From positions 1 to 56,661 of IMG/VR virus record IMGVR_UViG_3300043395_002017: a stretch of DNA of 56,661 nucleotides, one strand, 5' to 3'. The translations under genes and the position numbers were made by a program. Shown here in pieces: positions 18,491 through 28,005 of the stretch (positions are counted from its first letter, which is position 1; every line of letters begins with the position of its first letter). Below the pieces are notes generated by a model that worked only from the letters and a program-made list of their open reading frames with translations, had not been told where the DNA came from and did no database searches. Source of the DNA: a virus (lineage: Duplodnaviria; Caudoviricetes).

Positions 18491-18710
18491 ACTCCTTTAC
18501 TTGGTTTAGAAATTCATCACGTTGTGTTTGAGTGCTGTAGTACAACGTCAACAAAGTATACAGCGCATCCTTAACTGGGCGCATCCATTTTTCATCTTCC
18601 GGGTGTGGTGCGTCATTGAGGTCGCCACTCACCATAAAATAATGATCGATAAGTTGTGATCGAAACAACTCATCAAACATGTCGTCATTGACATCAATTT
18701 CTACTTTCAT
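18474..18710 (-). CDS. Hypothetical protein
   Basis: ATGA-coupled ORF. Confidence 0.6.
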   Translation of the reverse strand: MKVEIDVNDDMFDELFRSQLIDHYFMVSGDLNDAPHPEDEKWMRPVKDALYTLLTLYYSTQTQRDEFLNQVKEFEDGR

Positions 18711-19102
18711 TTCTTACGCTCCTTGCGCTCTCGTGCTGTCTTATCAGAATGACAGGGCTTGCACAGCACTTGCAGCCCGTCAGCTTCACAAAACATCCGT
18801 TCGACATAAGTGTTCCAGTCAACGAATCCAACCATTGTATCCACAACCGGATCGATATGGTCAACAACCACATTGGCAGCAGGGAAATTTGCCTTACATT
18901 TCGCACACTTGTAATGCTGCGCAAGCTTTCCTGTTTCTTTATTTGTTGTCTTGCCAACAAGCGCATCCTTCATCACTGCCCATTTGACAGGCCACCGACG
19001 GGACGCCGCACGTAGTGCGCTGACAACAAACGAACGAAACCGTGCCTCTGTCCATTCACCACCATTGCGTGTTTTAGAAGGGGTATTGCTCTTCTTCTTC
19101 AA
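18707..19102 (-). CDS. HNH endonuclease
   Basis: CAKC...VVDHIDPV...LQVLCKPCH. Confidence 0.85.
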   Translation of the reverse strand: MKKKSNTPSKTRNGGEWTEARFRSFVVSALRAASRRWPVKWAVMKDALVGKTTNKETGKLAQHYKCAKCKANFPAANVVVDHIDPVVDTMVGFVDWNTYVERMFCEADGLQVLCKPCHSDKTARERKERKK

Positions 19103-19439
19103 GATCGGTTTGCAAGATGAACATCAGGCTGCACATCGCATGAGCGAGATGTGGCAGACCTGATTCGGGGTCGTTAATTTCCCCGCTACGGTATGCCCAA
19201 ATGTGGCGCTGTGCTGCGTCAAAATAACGTTCGTGCAAATCAGGAACATATTTCCAATTGTCAACGCTATATTTGTTTGCACCATATGTCAAAACCTCTA
19301 CCACCTTCTCAAGAGACTGCGTCTTCAGGAGTCCGTATCGGGGTTTGTTGGAGTCGTATTTGCGCCCGACTTCTTTCGGCTGCGTGATGCCTTTTTCGAT
19401 GAAGAGGTCGGCAAGTGTCTTTTGTTCGGTGGAAGCCAT
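19074..19439 (-). CDS. dATP/dGTP diphosphohydrolase domain protein (DUF5664)
   Basis: GRKYDSNKPRYGLL, YGANKY..NW, DPESGLPHLAHA. Confidence 0.85.
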   Translation of the reverse strand: MASTEQKTLADLFIEKGITQPKEVGRKYDSNKPRYGLLKTQSLEKVVEVLTYGANKYSVDNWKYVPDLHERYFDAAQRHIWAYRSGEINDPESGLPHLAHAMCSLMFILQTDLEEEEQYPF

Positions 19440-20107
19440 AGTTCGTTTTCCTTTCTTCGAAGATAGAGAAGCCTAGCGTTTTCGATGACGCGCTCTTCAT
19501 TACCATCATAAGCTTCGATGCATGCATTGTACATATCAATCTCTTCAGTGTAGTCTTTGAGCAACGCTTCAGCACGCTTTGGACCGATACCAGAGATGCC
19601 AATGATATTATCGGCAGTGTCACCCATCAAGATTTGCATGTACAGAAATCGCAATCCATTCTCGGGAGTGACATAGAAATGTTCACGCTTGACGAAGTTA
19701 TAATGATGACCCGGCACTTGTCGAAAGTCTTTATCAATGCTGATGATGATGCATGCGTTGCCATGCTTTGTCGCCTCAGTGGCAATGGTGTCGTCTGCTT
19801 CTTGACCATCAACAATGATTGCACCCCAACGATCTACCAAGTGTTTTCTAACGCCCGGTAGATGCTCAGGTTTCGGTGCTGTTCGATTCCCTTTGTATGG
19901 CGCAGTCGTTGCAACTTGTTTGCGGAAGTTGTTAGAGCCGGTTAGGAACAGCTTCCACTTGTCGTAGAACACGTCGTCGTGATCACAATGAAGAAGAGCG
20001 TCAACTACGATGCTGTCCACAGTGAACAGCGCAGCAGTGACGCTCTCTTCTTTACAAGCTGCTGCGGCCCGATATGCCATAACATCCGAGTCCAGCAACG
20101 CTATCAT
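19325..20107 (-). CDS. 5'-3' exonuclease (T7 gp6/T5 FEN-like)
   Basis: LLDSD, YKGNR, EADD, DKDF, GDTADNIIGISGIGPK. Confidence 0.93.
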   Translation of the reverse strand: MIALLDSDVMAYRAAAACKEESVTAALFTVDSIVVDALLHCDHDDVFYDKWKLFLTGSNNFRKQVATTAPYKGNRTAPKPEHLPGVRKHLVDRWGAIIVDGQEADDTIATEATKHGNACIIISIDKDFRQVPGHHYNFVKREHFYVTPENGLRFLYMQILMGDTADNIIGISGIGPKRAEALLKDYTEEIDMYNACIEAYDGNEERVIENARLLYLRRKENELWLPPNKRHLPTSSSKKASRSRKKSGANTTPTNPDTDS

Positions 20108-20514
20108 TACAGCACTTCTTCGTCGTCCAAGTTACCTGCACCGGAGCTTTCGTACACCACCAAATCGGTGACAACAAGCTTCTTCAGGGACGGAGACACG
20201 CCCTTCTTGTTCTTGTACTTCCACTCGTAGCCGTTAACGATGGCTTTGGCCTTGCTGCCGTTGCCAATCTTTTCGGTGATGACGTCACCATCCGCATCAA
20301 AAGCCTTGATGGGGTTGGCAGACTTGCAGGTGATGAAGCGACCTTGTCCTTCTTTTTCACCAACGGTGATGCCCATCTCTTCGAGGGCAGTGACAGCCGC
20401 CTCAGACAGATTGCACAGGTTCACCTGATATTTACCCGACATTTCATTTACTTTGTCGAGTTGTGCCCACATGATGTCAGCCTTGAGCTTGACGACGGTT
20501 TGAGTATCAGCCAT
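20107..20514 (-). CDS. Single-stranded DNA-binding protein (T7 gp2.5-like)
   Basis: IGNGS motif, acidic C-terminal tail, strong RBS, location in replication module. Confidence 0.75.
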   Translation of the reverse strand: MADTQTVVKLKADIMWAQLDKVNEMSGKYQVNLCNLSEAAVTALEEMGITVGEKEGQGRFITCKSANPIKAFDADGDVITEKIGNGSKAKAIVNGYEWKYKNKKGVSPSLKKLVVTDLVVYESSGAGNLDDEEVL

Positions 20515-20573
20515 TTCAGTTCCTTTCGGGTTTACGACACAATTCAGCACGGTGTCGCTTCGTGTAGTCGGCA

Positions 20574-22673
20574 TTATAGAGCCGCCATTTCTTCAATGTC
20601 AACACTGTTGTTAATTAGCAACTTCTGTGCTGCATCCACATAATATTGATAATCGATGTCGTTGCCGAAGTCAGCCATGTTGTTGCATGTCTTCAGCAGG
20701 TAGTCGGTGTCGATGCCGATGCGTCTTGGCTCTGCGTCAGGCATCAGCGGCGGCATTATCTTGATGAGTTTGCCTCCGTTGATGCTTGCGTAGTAGCGGC
20801 AGATGTTTTGCTGCTGTATCTCGGTGCCATCTTCCTGCACCAACACCAGACGGCTGCTGCGCGGCACCTTCGTTCGCATCATGAAGTCGTAAATGTTTTC
20901 ATGATTGCGGATGAAGGTTTCGATATCGACACCGTCAAGCATGTGCGCCTCGGCTGCACGGGGGATGATGAGTCCACCCTGATCCTGATGCCACCCGAGT
21001 CCTTCATACTGATAGGCACCCTTGCGCTTCACCTTGCCATTGGTGTAGACGGCAATGTAGTTGTTGACGTCACGCAGATACATCGCTGAATACTCTGCAA
21101 ACTCAAGCTGCAAGCCAACTTGCTGCTGCCAATGCTTGCACGTCATGTTGTACCAATGACGATATTTACGCGGCAGCTTCACCGTGATGCCGTCGGTGTT
21201 CACCTGAATCAACGACAGCCCCTTGATACGCAATAGCTGTTCAGCCAACAGGCACAGGCTAAGTTGCCCGTTGATGGTGATCGACATCGTATATTGCGGG
21301 TCGTAGAACGGGCTGTACTGGTTGTTGCTGTCCCCGTAGACGCCATTCAACGCGAGCTTGAGCATGGCGTTCTCAGCCGTGCCTTTTGCGTAGCTCTTGC
21401 GCTGATTGTAGACGTCCTCGTAAATGTCGCAGAACTTCTCCGACAAGTGTTCGGGATAGACGCGGTTGGCAATGGCAATGTTCGGATACATAGACGCCAC
21501 GTCAGCGTCGATGATGATGTGTGTGTCATCTTCGCGAACGATGGTGTTTTCTAAACTGCCGTGAATGCCACCGGTTCCGAAGTCGAAGCGAAAGTCGTCA
21601 ACGATGACGTTGAGGTTGTCGGCTTCTTTCCAACACATCCAATGGCTGTGCTGTGTTTCGCCTTTCTTCTTCGCCTTCAACTCTATCTGCTCGGTCCATC
21701 CCAAAGGATGCTGCTGCTTGAAGTCGTCAATGTCCTCAAACGATGGCGTGCGTGGAAACTTCTTGCGCTTGGTGTACATCTGCGCATATTGCGCAACGTC
21801 GCCTAGATCAGCTTCATCAATCTCGCTGAAGACACCTTTGGTTTCGCTAATCTTCTGACGGCTAAACCATTCCTGCACCGCAATGAATTCAGGACGGTTG
21901 AAGTCGTAGTAGTCAAACAGACAGTCGGCAATTTTGATTTGCTTGCGCTTAGTCTGATTGATGGTGCGCCTACCTTTGTTGTCGTACTTGTAGCAGCTAC
22001 CCGGCAACTCTTCTTCGAGTCGCATGATGAAGTAGTCCTTACCAATCTTCGTGTCGTTGTGGTTGAGGAAGTTACGTCCGTACTTCTGCGTCAACTCTTC
22101 ACGAAACTTGATGAGGTCTTTGCTTGCGTTGTAGAAATCGAGTGTGCGCAGGACGTCGTGCAGATTATATTTCAACAGCACATCAATCTGCTCGTCAGTC
22201 AACGCAATGCCAACATCGAACGGCAAGTCTTCGATGGTGTCGCTCTTCATATTAAACTGAAGCATCTTCAGCGAAGTGGCGCGAGCTTTGTTGTCGAAGT
22301 GATGTATCTTGTACAGGTCAAGTTGCGGCACATGCTCATCAGCAGTGCGTATGATATGCTCAAACTTCTCTTCGCTGCGAATGAGTTCCATTGCCTTCTT
22401 GTAGGCACGCACAGCAACGGCTTTGCCGCTGACGGTGGGAGCCTTTTCTCTTACAGATAAGAGATCATGGACAACAGGATAATCGAACCCAATGTTATTG
22501 AAGCCCACCATGCGGTGTTGTTCAGTACGCAAACGATCCAAGAATGCGAACACATCAGCGATTTGATTCTTTCTAGTAGAGCATTCATAAACCACCGTTT
22601 CTGATTTGTCGGCTGCGATAGCGGTGAAGCTGAAGCAGGTTGGATATGTTTCAATGTCGTATATAAAATCCAT
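20574..22673 (-). CDS. DNA polymerase, family B type with 3'-5' exonuclease
   Basis: YDIET, FNNIGFD, YNLHD exonuclease motifs; DVASMYP, KLALNGVYG, NTDG polymerase motifs. Confidence 0.9.
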   Translation of the reverse strand: MDFIYDIETYPTCFSFTAIAADKSETVVYECSTRKNQIADVFAFLDRLRTEQHRMVGFNNIGFDYPVVHDLLSVREKAPTVSGKAVAVRAYKKAMELIRSEEKFEHIIRTADEHVPQLDLYKIHHFDNKARATSLKMLQFNMKSDTIEDLPFDVGIALTDEQIDVLLKYNLHDVLRTLDFYNASKDLIKFREELTQKYGRNFLNHNDTKIGKDYFIMRLEEELPGSCYKYDNKGRRTINQTKRKQIKIADCLFDYYDFNRPEFIAVQEWFSRQKISETKGVFSEIDEADLGDVAQYAQMYTKRKKFPRTPSFEDIDDFKQQHPLGWTEQIELKAKKKGETQHSHWMCWKEADNLNVIVDDFRFDFGTGGIHGSLENTIVREDDTHIIIDADVASMYPNIAIANRVYPEHLSEKFCDIYEDVYNQRKSYAKGTAENAMLKLALNGVYGDSNNQYSPFYDPQYTMSITINGQLSLCLLAEQLLRIKGLSLIQVNTDGITVKLPRKYRHWYNMTCKHWQQQVGLQLEFAEYSAMYLRDVNNYIAVYTNGKVKRKGAYQYEGLGWHQDQGGLIIPRAAEAHMLDGVDIETFIRNHENIYDFMMRTKVPRSSRLVLVQEDGTEIQQQNICRYYASINGGKLIKIMPPLMPDAEPRRIGIDTDYLLKTCNNMADFGNDIDYQYYVDAAQKLLINNSVDIEEMAAL

Positions 22674-22691
22674 TAACGCATCCTGAAGATG

Positions 22692-22919
22692 TCAAAGATT
22701 GTTAGAAGGAAATTGAGAATGTCTGTCAATATCTCTAGCATCTAGCTGCTCCATGATGTTTTGTCGTTCAGTTTCAGTCATGTATGCCCATAGCGTTATC
22801 TCTTCGACAGTGCGCCGACACCCGACGCACATGCCTTGCACAAGCTTACAGACTTTGGTGCATGGTGTCAACTCAGAGAACGTCGTCATCGTCGTCGTCA
22901 GGTGGTGGCGTGTACTCAA
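22692..22919 (-). CDS. DUF1289-like Cys-rich (putative Fe-S) protein
   Basis: PCTKVC...CVGCRRTVEEITLW; true start probably slightly downstream. Confidence 0.75.
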   Translation of the reverse strand: MSTRHHLTTTMTTFSELTPCTKVCKLVQGMCVGCRRTVEEITLWAYMTETERQNIMEQLDARDIDRHSQFPSNNL

Positions 22920-24492
22920 GCATACGCCCCGTCTCTTTGGTGTACAACAGCGAACAAGCAGGCCCGGTCATGCCGCTGTAGCGATTCTTGAGCACACGCA
23001 GATAGGTGGTGTTACGCTTGACCGGGTCTTCGTCTTGCCCGTTACGTTCAGCACCCAACACCATGTCGCTAAGCTGCGCAATGGAGCCGCTGCCTCGAAG
23101 CTGAGCAAGCGACGTTGCAGCCCCTTCCTCGTGTCCTCGACCATCCGGACGCTTGAGGTGCGAGACAACGAACAACGCAATGTTAGTTTCCTGCACAAGC
23201 ATACGAAGCTTGGTCATGATTTCATCGATGGCTTTGCGCTCGTCGCCGTTCTCCTGAGCCGAGACGATGATTGAAATGTGATCGACGACGATGTACTTGC
23301 AGTTGAGAGCCTTCGCCATGTAGCGCACGCGGTTGACAATGTTGTCTGTGCTCGTGCTGCCAAAATGGTCGAACAAGAATAGCCTACCTGTGCCGAGTGT
23401 GCGCTCGAATGCGTCTTTGCGTTCTTCTTCGTTCGCCACCGTGTCAGGCAAGTGCAACGGCTTATTTGCAGCAAGCGACATGACAGACAAGCCCGTCTTG
23501 CGAATGCCTTCTTCGAGGAACATCAGGCCGATGTTATCTTCGGTGTTCTGAAGCAGGTGCCAAACAATTTCGCGAAGTATCTGCGACTTGCCCAGTCCGC
23601 TACCGGCTGTGATGGTGACAAGCTCGCCGTGTCGAATGCCGTAGGTTAAGGCATTGAGTCCATCCCACGGGTACATGCACTGGGCAGGGGCAGGTGGCAT
23701 TGACACCAAATCCCACAGGTTTGTACCGGCAACGATGCCGTCGGGGATGAAGGCTTCAGCAGCCCACCAACGTTGTACAAAGGTGGCTTCTTTATTTGCG
23801 GCAACGTAGTCGCAAGCATCCTTCATTTCAGGATCGTGCTTGAATATCTTTGCCTTGTTGCCAAACAACTCGGCAACTTCCTTTGCTGCCTTCTTGCCCG
23901 GTTCGTCGTTGTCAAAACAGATGACAATGTTCTCGAAGCTGTTGAGCCATTCGTATGCGGCACGACAATCCTTCAGCGCACCCGTTGCACCATTGCGGAT
24001 GCTGACGCAGGGCCATTTGCTGCCGGTTGCCTGAAACACAGCGAGCGAATCAAACTCACCTTCGGTGATGGTGATGTACTTGCCGCCACTGCTGAAAATA
24101 TTTTGACCAAACAGCGTTGACTTTGTCCATTCACCTTCGGTGCTGAACTTCTTCTCCGCCTTGGCTCTCACCTTAGCAGCGACAAGCGTGCCGTTGGCGT
24201 CGTAGTATGGGAAATAATAATTGTGAGCGTCCGACGTCACCCCGAAGCGTTCAGACGTAGCTCGTGTCAGTCGTCGAGCACTCACTGCGGGAGCGTCGTT
24301 GTCTGTGAAATGTCGCTGAAAATTCATGTTCACCTTTTTGGTTACGGGTTTGGAATATTCGATGACGACATCGTCATCCGGTGGTGTGTAGTTGGTGCAG
24401 GAAAAGCAGTAGCTGCTGCCGTCAGCATTGATGCTTCGGGCGTCGCTGCTACCGCATTCATCACATGCAACGTGGGTGCGAAGAAATGCCAT
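22873..24492 (-). CDS. T7 gp4-like primase-helicase
   Basis: Zn finger CDECGSSD/YCFSC, TOPRIM TEGEFD/FDND, Walker A GSGLGKS, VDH, LRGSGSI, KNR. Confidence 0.95.
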   Translation of the reverse strand: MAFLRTHVACDECGSSDARSINADGSSYCFSCTNYTPPDDDVVIEYSKPVTKKVNMNFQRHFTDNDAPAVSARRLTRATSERFGVTSDAHNYYFPYYDANGTLVAAKVRAKAEKKFSTEGEWTKSTLFGQNIFSSGGKYITITEGEFDSLAVFQATGSKWPCVSIRNGATGALKDCRAAYEWLNSFENIVICFDNDEPGKKAAKEVAELFGNKAKIFKHDPEMKDACDYVAANKEATFVQRWWAAEAFIPDGIVAGTNLWDLVSMPPAPAQCMYPWDGLNALTYGIRHGELVTITAGSGLGKSQILREIVWHLLQNTEDNIGLMFLEEGIRKTGLSVMSLAANKPLHLPDTVANEEERKDAFERTLGTGRLFLFDHFGSTSTDNIVNRVRYMAKALNCKYIVVDHISIIVSAQENGDERKAIDEIMTKLRMLVQETNIALFVVSHLKRPDGRGHEEGAATSLAQLRGSGSIAQLSDMVLGAERNGQDEDPVKRNTTYLRVLKNRYSGMTGPACSLLYTKETGRMLEYTPPPDDDDDDVL

Positions 24493-24678
24493 CAGTCGCG
24501 GACAACAAGTTCACAGTCAGTCTTGAGAATGAAATTGAGACAATGATATTCGTCAAGTTCTCTCACCCAAAAACGATCAATGTCGGTTGATATCACAATA
24601 AATTCTTTACCGACATGCTGCGTGTACCAAAACAGGGCATCACTGCTCTTCTTGACTCTGACTCGCATCGTATAACCT
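24492..24678 (-). CDS. Hypothetical protein (start uncertain)
   Basis: 3' part of ORF 24492-24791, coupled to primase start. Confidence 0.45.
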
Positions 24679-24893
24679 GAGTAGTGGACGTTGTTGGAAC
24701 TGCTCTCCGTTGCGGCATTCATTGGTAGCGGTGCAGCTACCTTTCTTGCCCAAGAATACACAGTTGTTGCAATCGATCTGATCATGCTCATTTAAAGCTT
24801 CCTTCAACGCGTCAATGTGAAAAACACGGTCGTGTCTGCGACCACCAAATTCGAGAAAGTCAAGTGCCGCTAGTGCGGCGTTACGAAGATTGT

Positions 24894-25037
24894 TCATGAT
24901 GCAAGTTTATAAAGGCCGATGTTGGCAAATGCGTAGCCAAGATAACAGATGAACATTGGCACGTTGCCTTTGTAAAGCTGTTCAATGGCTACCCCGAGGT
25001 AAATAATACCGGTTACAGCAATGAGCCATGCGCTCAT
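24894..25037 (-). CDS. Small two-TM membrane protein, 47 aa (not in ORF track): MSAWLIAVTGIIYLGVAIEQLYKG...
   Basis: RBS gagga, ATGA coupling on both sides. Confidence 0.65.
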   Translation of the reverse strand: MSAWLIAVTGIIYLGVAIEQLYKGNVPMFICYLGYAFANIGLYKLAS

Positions 25038-25297
25038 GATGATTCCTCAATCATGCGGGCAATGAATCCGTAATAGTTATGGCGCTCTTCTTGCTTGTGA
25101 CGTTCGCGCAGCATGGCACAGATGCGCTGACGTTCATGCGCGGCGACAAGAGCAGCGAAGCGTTCAAGGTCAGGCAGGCAGTCTTCCTCTGCATCAAGGG
25201 AGCCATACTCGCTTGAATACCCCTCAAGCATTTCCCACAAACCTACCTCTCGCGCCAGTCGGAGAATGGTGTCACGAAAACTCATCTCACTACCCAC
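25034..25297 (-). CDS. Small protein of the 'IIRLAREAG...ERFAALVAAHER' family
   Basis: Paralogue of 26658-26876 and 27052-27279. Confidence 0.7.
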   Translation of the reverse strand: MGSEMSFRDTILRLAREVGLWEMLEGYSSEYGSLDAEEDCLPDLERFAALVAAHERQRICAMLRERHKQEERHNYYGFIARMIEESS

Positions 25298-25533
25298 ACA
25301 TAAAGACCCATCAACACAACAAACACGGCAGCGACTCGCATTAATATTTCAATCAAGTCCCGCAACATGTCGTATTCCATTTCGCGATAGTCGTCTTCGT
25401 TCATGTTCATCCTTCCATTTTTTTAGCTGAATGATTCCAATAATTGCGTTAGCAATTTCGTCTTCTGTTGGCGGTGTTTCAGCATCACACACTGCAAAAA
25501 GCAATAGCTCAAGCGCACCATCAACAGCATCCA

Positions 25534-26661
25534 TCATGCACTCCTTTGCATAAGCTGCACATCTTCAACAAGCTGTGTCGGGAACTGTCTTATCTCCTGT
25601 GCCTTCGCTGCGCCTCGTCGAGTGTGAACGAAGTACGGCATCACAGACGACACATCCTGATGCCCGCTCATCTGCATCACGGTGATGAGGTCACCACCAT
25701 TCTCAATAGTTTCGGTGATGGCTGTGCGACGAAGGTCACGAAGCTGAAGCTCTCGACCAAGCTTTGCCGCTTCACAAATGTCGAGATAATATTTGTTGAT
25801 GGTGCTGACGGGATAGGGAATGAACTTGCCCTGTCGTCTCACCATCTGCGGGGCAACATAGTCGGACAAGAAGAAGTCCTTCTGCTGTTGCTTGAGCATT
25901 TTAGCAAGCCCTTCAGAGATTGGCAACTGCACTTTCGCATCACGTTTGCTCTGACGGATGGTGACGGTGTTGGTTTCGAAGTTGATATTTTCCCACTTCA
26001 GGTTGAGGATGTCGCTGACGCGCTGACCCCACTCGTACAGCATGTAAAACACAAGCCCTGCGTTGCGCCATTGCCAACGCGAGAATGCTGTGTTGAGAAA
26101 TGCTCGGACGTCTTCGCGTCGCCACATCACCTTGCGGTGTTTCAATTGCTTACATTTTATTTTCTCGAACGGATTGTGTCGAGTGTAGCCACAGCGGATG
26201 GCATAGTTAAGTAGCAGCTTATATATGGTGAGATGGGTGTTGGCAACACGCGGTGTTGTCTGACGCACCTGCTCGTCATACATGCGCTGTATCATGGGCG
26301 TTTCCAACGTTGACAGCTTCGCGTGCTGCAACGCAACACCGGCAACCTTGACGTTGCGCCATGCCTCGATTGAGAGTCGATATTGTTTCTTCGTTACTTC
26401 GGCAAGCGAAGTGAAGTTGACGCTATGCAGGTAGGCATAGATGACGTCTTTGATTTTGCCGTCCTTGCGCAGGTCGGCAATGTGTTTCATTGCGCTGCGC
26501 CATTCTTCCATACGGGCGTTGCTTTCGACGGCATAGGCTTCGGCGTCTTCGCGCTTGTCGAGCGGGAAAGACTTACGCTTGACGACGCCTGCATCGATTG
26601 CATTCTGTGGAGGATTGTAATAAATGTCAGAGACTCGAAAGCGTAAGTTTTGTGGTGTCAT
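25534..26661 (-). CDS. int: Tyrosine recombinase/integrase
   Basis: GQRVSD (R), QSKR (K), RDLRRT, SGHQ (H), MPYF (Y); SAM-like core-binding domain; start MTPQNL coupled to upstream gene. Confidence 0.88.
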   Translation of the reverse strand: MTPQNLRFRVSDIYYNPPQNAIDAGVVKRKSFPLDKREDAEAYAVESNARMEEWRSAMKHIADLRKDGKIKDVIYAYLHSVNFTSLAEVTKKQYRLSIEAWRNVKVAGVALQHAKLSTLETPMIQRMYDEQVRQTTPRVANTHLTIYKLLLNYAIRCGYTRHNPFEKIKCKQLKHRKVMWRREDVRAFLNTAFSRWQWRNAGLVFYMLYEWGQRVSDILNLKWENINFETNTVTIRQSKRDAKVQLPISEGLAKMLKQQQKDFFLSDYVAPQMVRRQGKFIPYPVSTINKYYLDICEAAKLGRELQLRDLRRTAITETIENGGDLITVMQMSGHQDVSSVMPYFVHTRRGAAKAQEIRQFPTQLVEDVQLMQRSA

Positions 26662-26876
26662 GTCCTGCTCCTGATGCATCTTGCCTGCTCCCGCAACACA
26701 GTCTGAACTGGACCGGGTGCGCAAATGTTGGAGCTATCGTCAATGGCTTTTGCGCATTCCTCACGCTCATGCGCGGCGACAAGTTCGGCGAAGCGTTCAA
26801 ACGCATCGGTGTGGTTCCATAGCCGAGGCTCAAGCCCTGCTTCTTCTGCCAGTCGGATGATGGTGTCACGATCCAT
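26658..26876 (-). CDS. Small protein, MxRDxIIRLA family
   Basis: Paralogous motifs ERFAELVAAHEREECAK. Confidence 0.7.
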   Translation of the reverse strand: MDRDTIIRLAEEAGLEPRLWNHTDAFERFAELVAAHEREECAKAIDDSSNICAPGPVQTVLREQARCIRSRT

Positions 26877-27055
26877 TATTTCCCCCAGAACATTGCAAAC
26901 GGAAAGTCTTTTTCGGTGTAGTCACGCTTCTCCAGACTGGGTGCGTACTCCCAAGCGTGGAAGTCAGGCATACGGAGGCCTTTCTCAGAAGGCAGATACA
27001 GAACGCGCCGAAAACCGATCATGTTCATAAAGTGCCACCAGAGCCAGTTAATCAT
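26876..27055 (-). CDS. Hypothetical protein
   Basis: RBS aggag, MINWLWWHF. Confidence 0.55.
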   Translation of the reverse strand: MINWLWWHFMNMIGFRRVLYLPSEKGLRMPDFHAWEYAPSLEKRDYTEKDFPFAMFWGK

Positions 27056-27279
27056 TCCTGCCCCCTTGCTCTGATGGCGGTGGCTATCTGTTCGTTTACC
27101 CAATCTGGCAGCGTCATATCGTCAGCCACCTTCGCACAAGCCTCACGCTCGGCAGCGGCAACCAAGGCAGCGAAGCGTTCAATGGCCTCCATGCCCACAA
27201 GAGATTCTGCGTGGAAGGTGTCTGTTTCAAAGCCGGGATCAGCCTCCCGCGCCATGCGGATGATGTCGTCGCGGGTCAT
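27052..27279 (-). CDS. Small protein, MTRDDIIRMA family
   Basis: ERFAALVAAAEREACAK...AIRARG. Confidence 0.75.
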   Translation of the reverse strand: MTRDDIIRMAREADPGFETDTFHAESLVGMEAIERFAALVAAAEREACAKVADDMTLPDWVNEQIATAIRARGQE

Positions 27280-27575
27280 GTCTTCTCTCCTAGTCGTTCG
27301 CGCAGGGCGGTAAGGGCATCTCGAACATTCCCATCGATGGCATTGGGCGGGTGCTCATCCACCGTGCTGGCGTAGCAGATCAGACTGTCGGTGTAGGGAT
27401 AGACAGACTCCAACGCCTCCAACGCCTGCCGCAGCAGGGCGGTGTCGCGCTCGGCAACAAGTGAGACGAAGTGCTCTATCTGCTCTAGGGTTGTTAATCT
27501 GAAGTCCAAGGGATTACGATTTGAATCAGTAATAATGACTTCTTGAACCATCGAAACAATGTCATCGCGGGTCAT
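27276..27575 (-). CDS. Chimeric small protein (MTRDD N-terminus + DTALLRQALEAL module)
   Basis: Shares DNA blocks with neighbours. Confidence 0.7.
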   Translation of the reverse strand: MTRDDIVSMVQEVIITDSNRNPLDFRLTTLEQIEHFVSLVAERDTALLRQALEALESVYPYTDSLICYASTVDEHPPNAIDGNVRDALTALRERLGEKT

Positions 27576-27760
27576 GTATTTTCTCCGTCAATCCACTCCC
27601 AACCTAACAGCACGCGCATCATCACGCGGTGCAGCCATATAGGTTTCTTTTCAAAGTTGATTTGCAACCCGATTGGGCCACCGATGCGATATCCGCCAAC
27701 GTACTTTCGGTGAAGGTATGCAAAACTGCCCTGTGCTACATACACGGTTTCGTCTTTCAT
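27572..27760 (-). CDS. Hypothetical protein
   Basis: MKDETVY start with aggag RBS; WLHRVMMRVLLGWEW. Confidence 0.6.
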   Translation of the reverse strand: MKDETVYVAQGSFAYLHRKYVGGYRIGGPIGLQINFEKKPIWLHRVMMRVLLGWEWIDGENT

Positions 27761-28005
27761 ATTTTCTCTCCTAGTCGTTCGCGCAGGGCGGCTGTGAGTC
27801 CTTCTAAGTCTTGGCCCCAAGCGCCACGCTCAATGTGCCATTCCAACGCCTCCAACGCCTGCCGCAGCAGGGCGGTGTCGTCGGGGGGGTGGGTGTAGAG
27901 GGGCGTCCCGTCACCATGTTGATTGAACACAATGCGTCCACTCCAAAGGCCGTCATCGTCAACGAAGTTTTCAGTCTTTACCCACGCCACAGGCTCATTG
28001 CTCAT
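27757..28005 (-). CDS. Small protein (EPVAW...PLYTHPP + DTALLRQALEAL modules)
   Basis: Modular motifs. Confidence 0.7.
   Translation of the reverse strand: MSNEPVAWVKTENFVDDDGLWSGRIVFNQHGDGTPLYTHPPDDTALLRQALEALEWHIERGAWGQDLEGLTAALRERLGEKI

Noticed and set aside
17065-19439. Z-genome or other base-substitution pathway suggested by MazG plus dATP/dGTP diphosphohydrolase
   Set aside because: No PurZ, Que/Fol, glycosyltransferase or methyltransferase genes recognised; both enzymes are common in unmodified phages
19325-19439. Functional C-terminal extension of the exonuclease
   Set aside because: The domain appears to end at ELWLPP; the remainder looks like run-on in the alternate frame of the next gene
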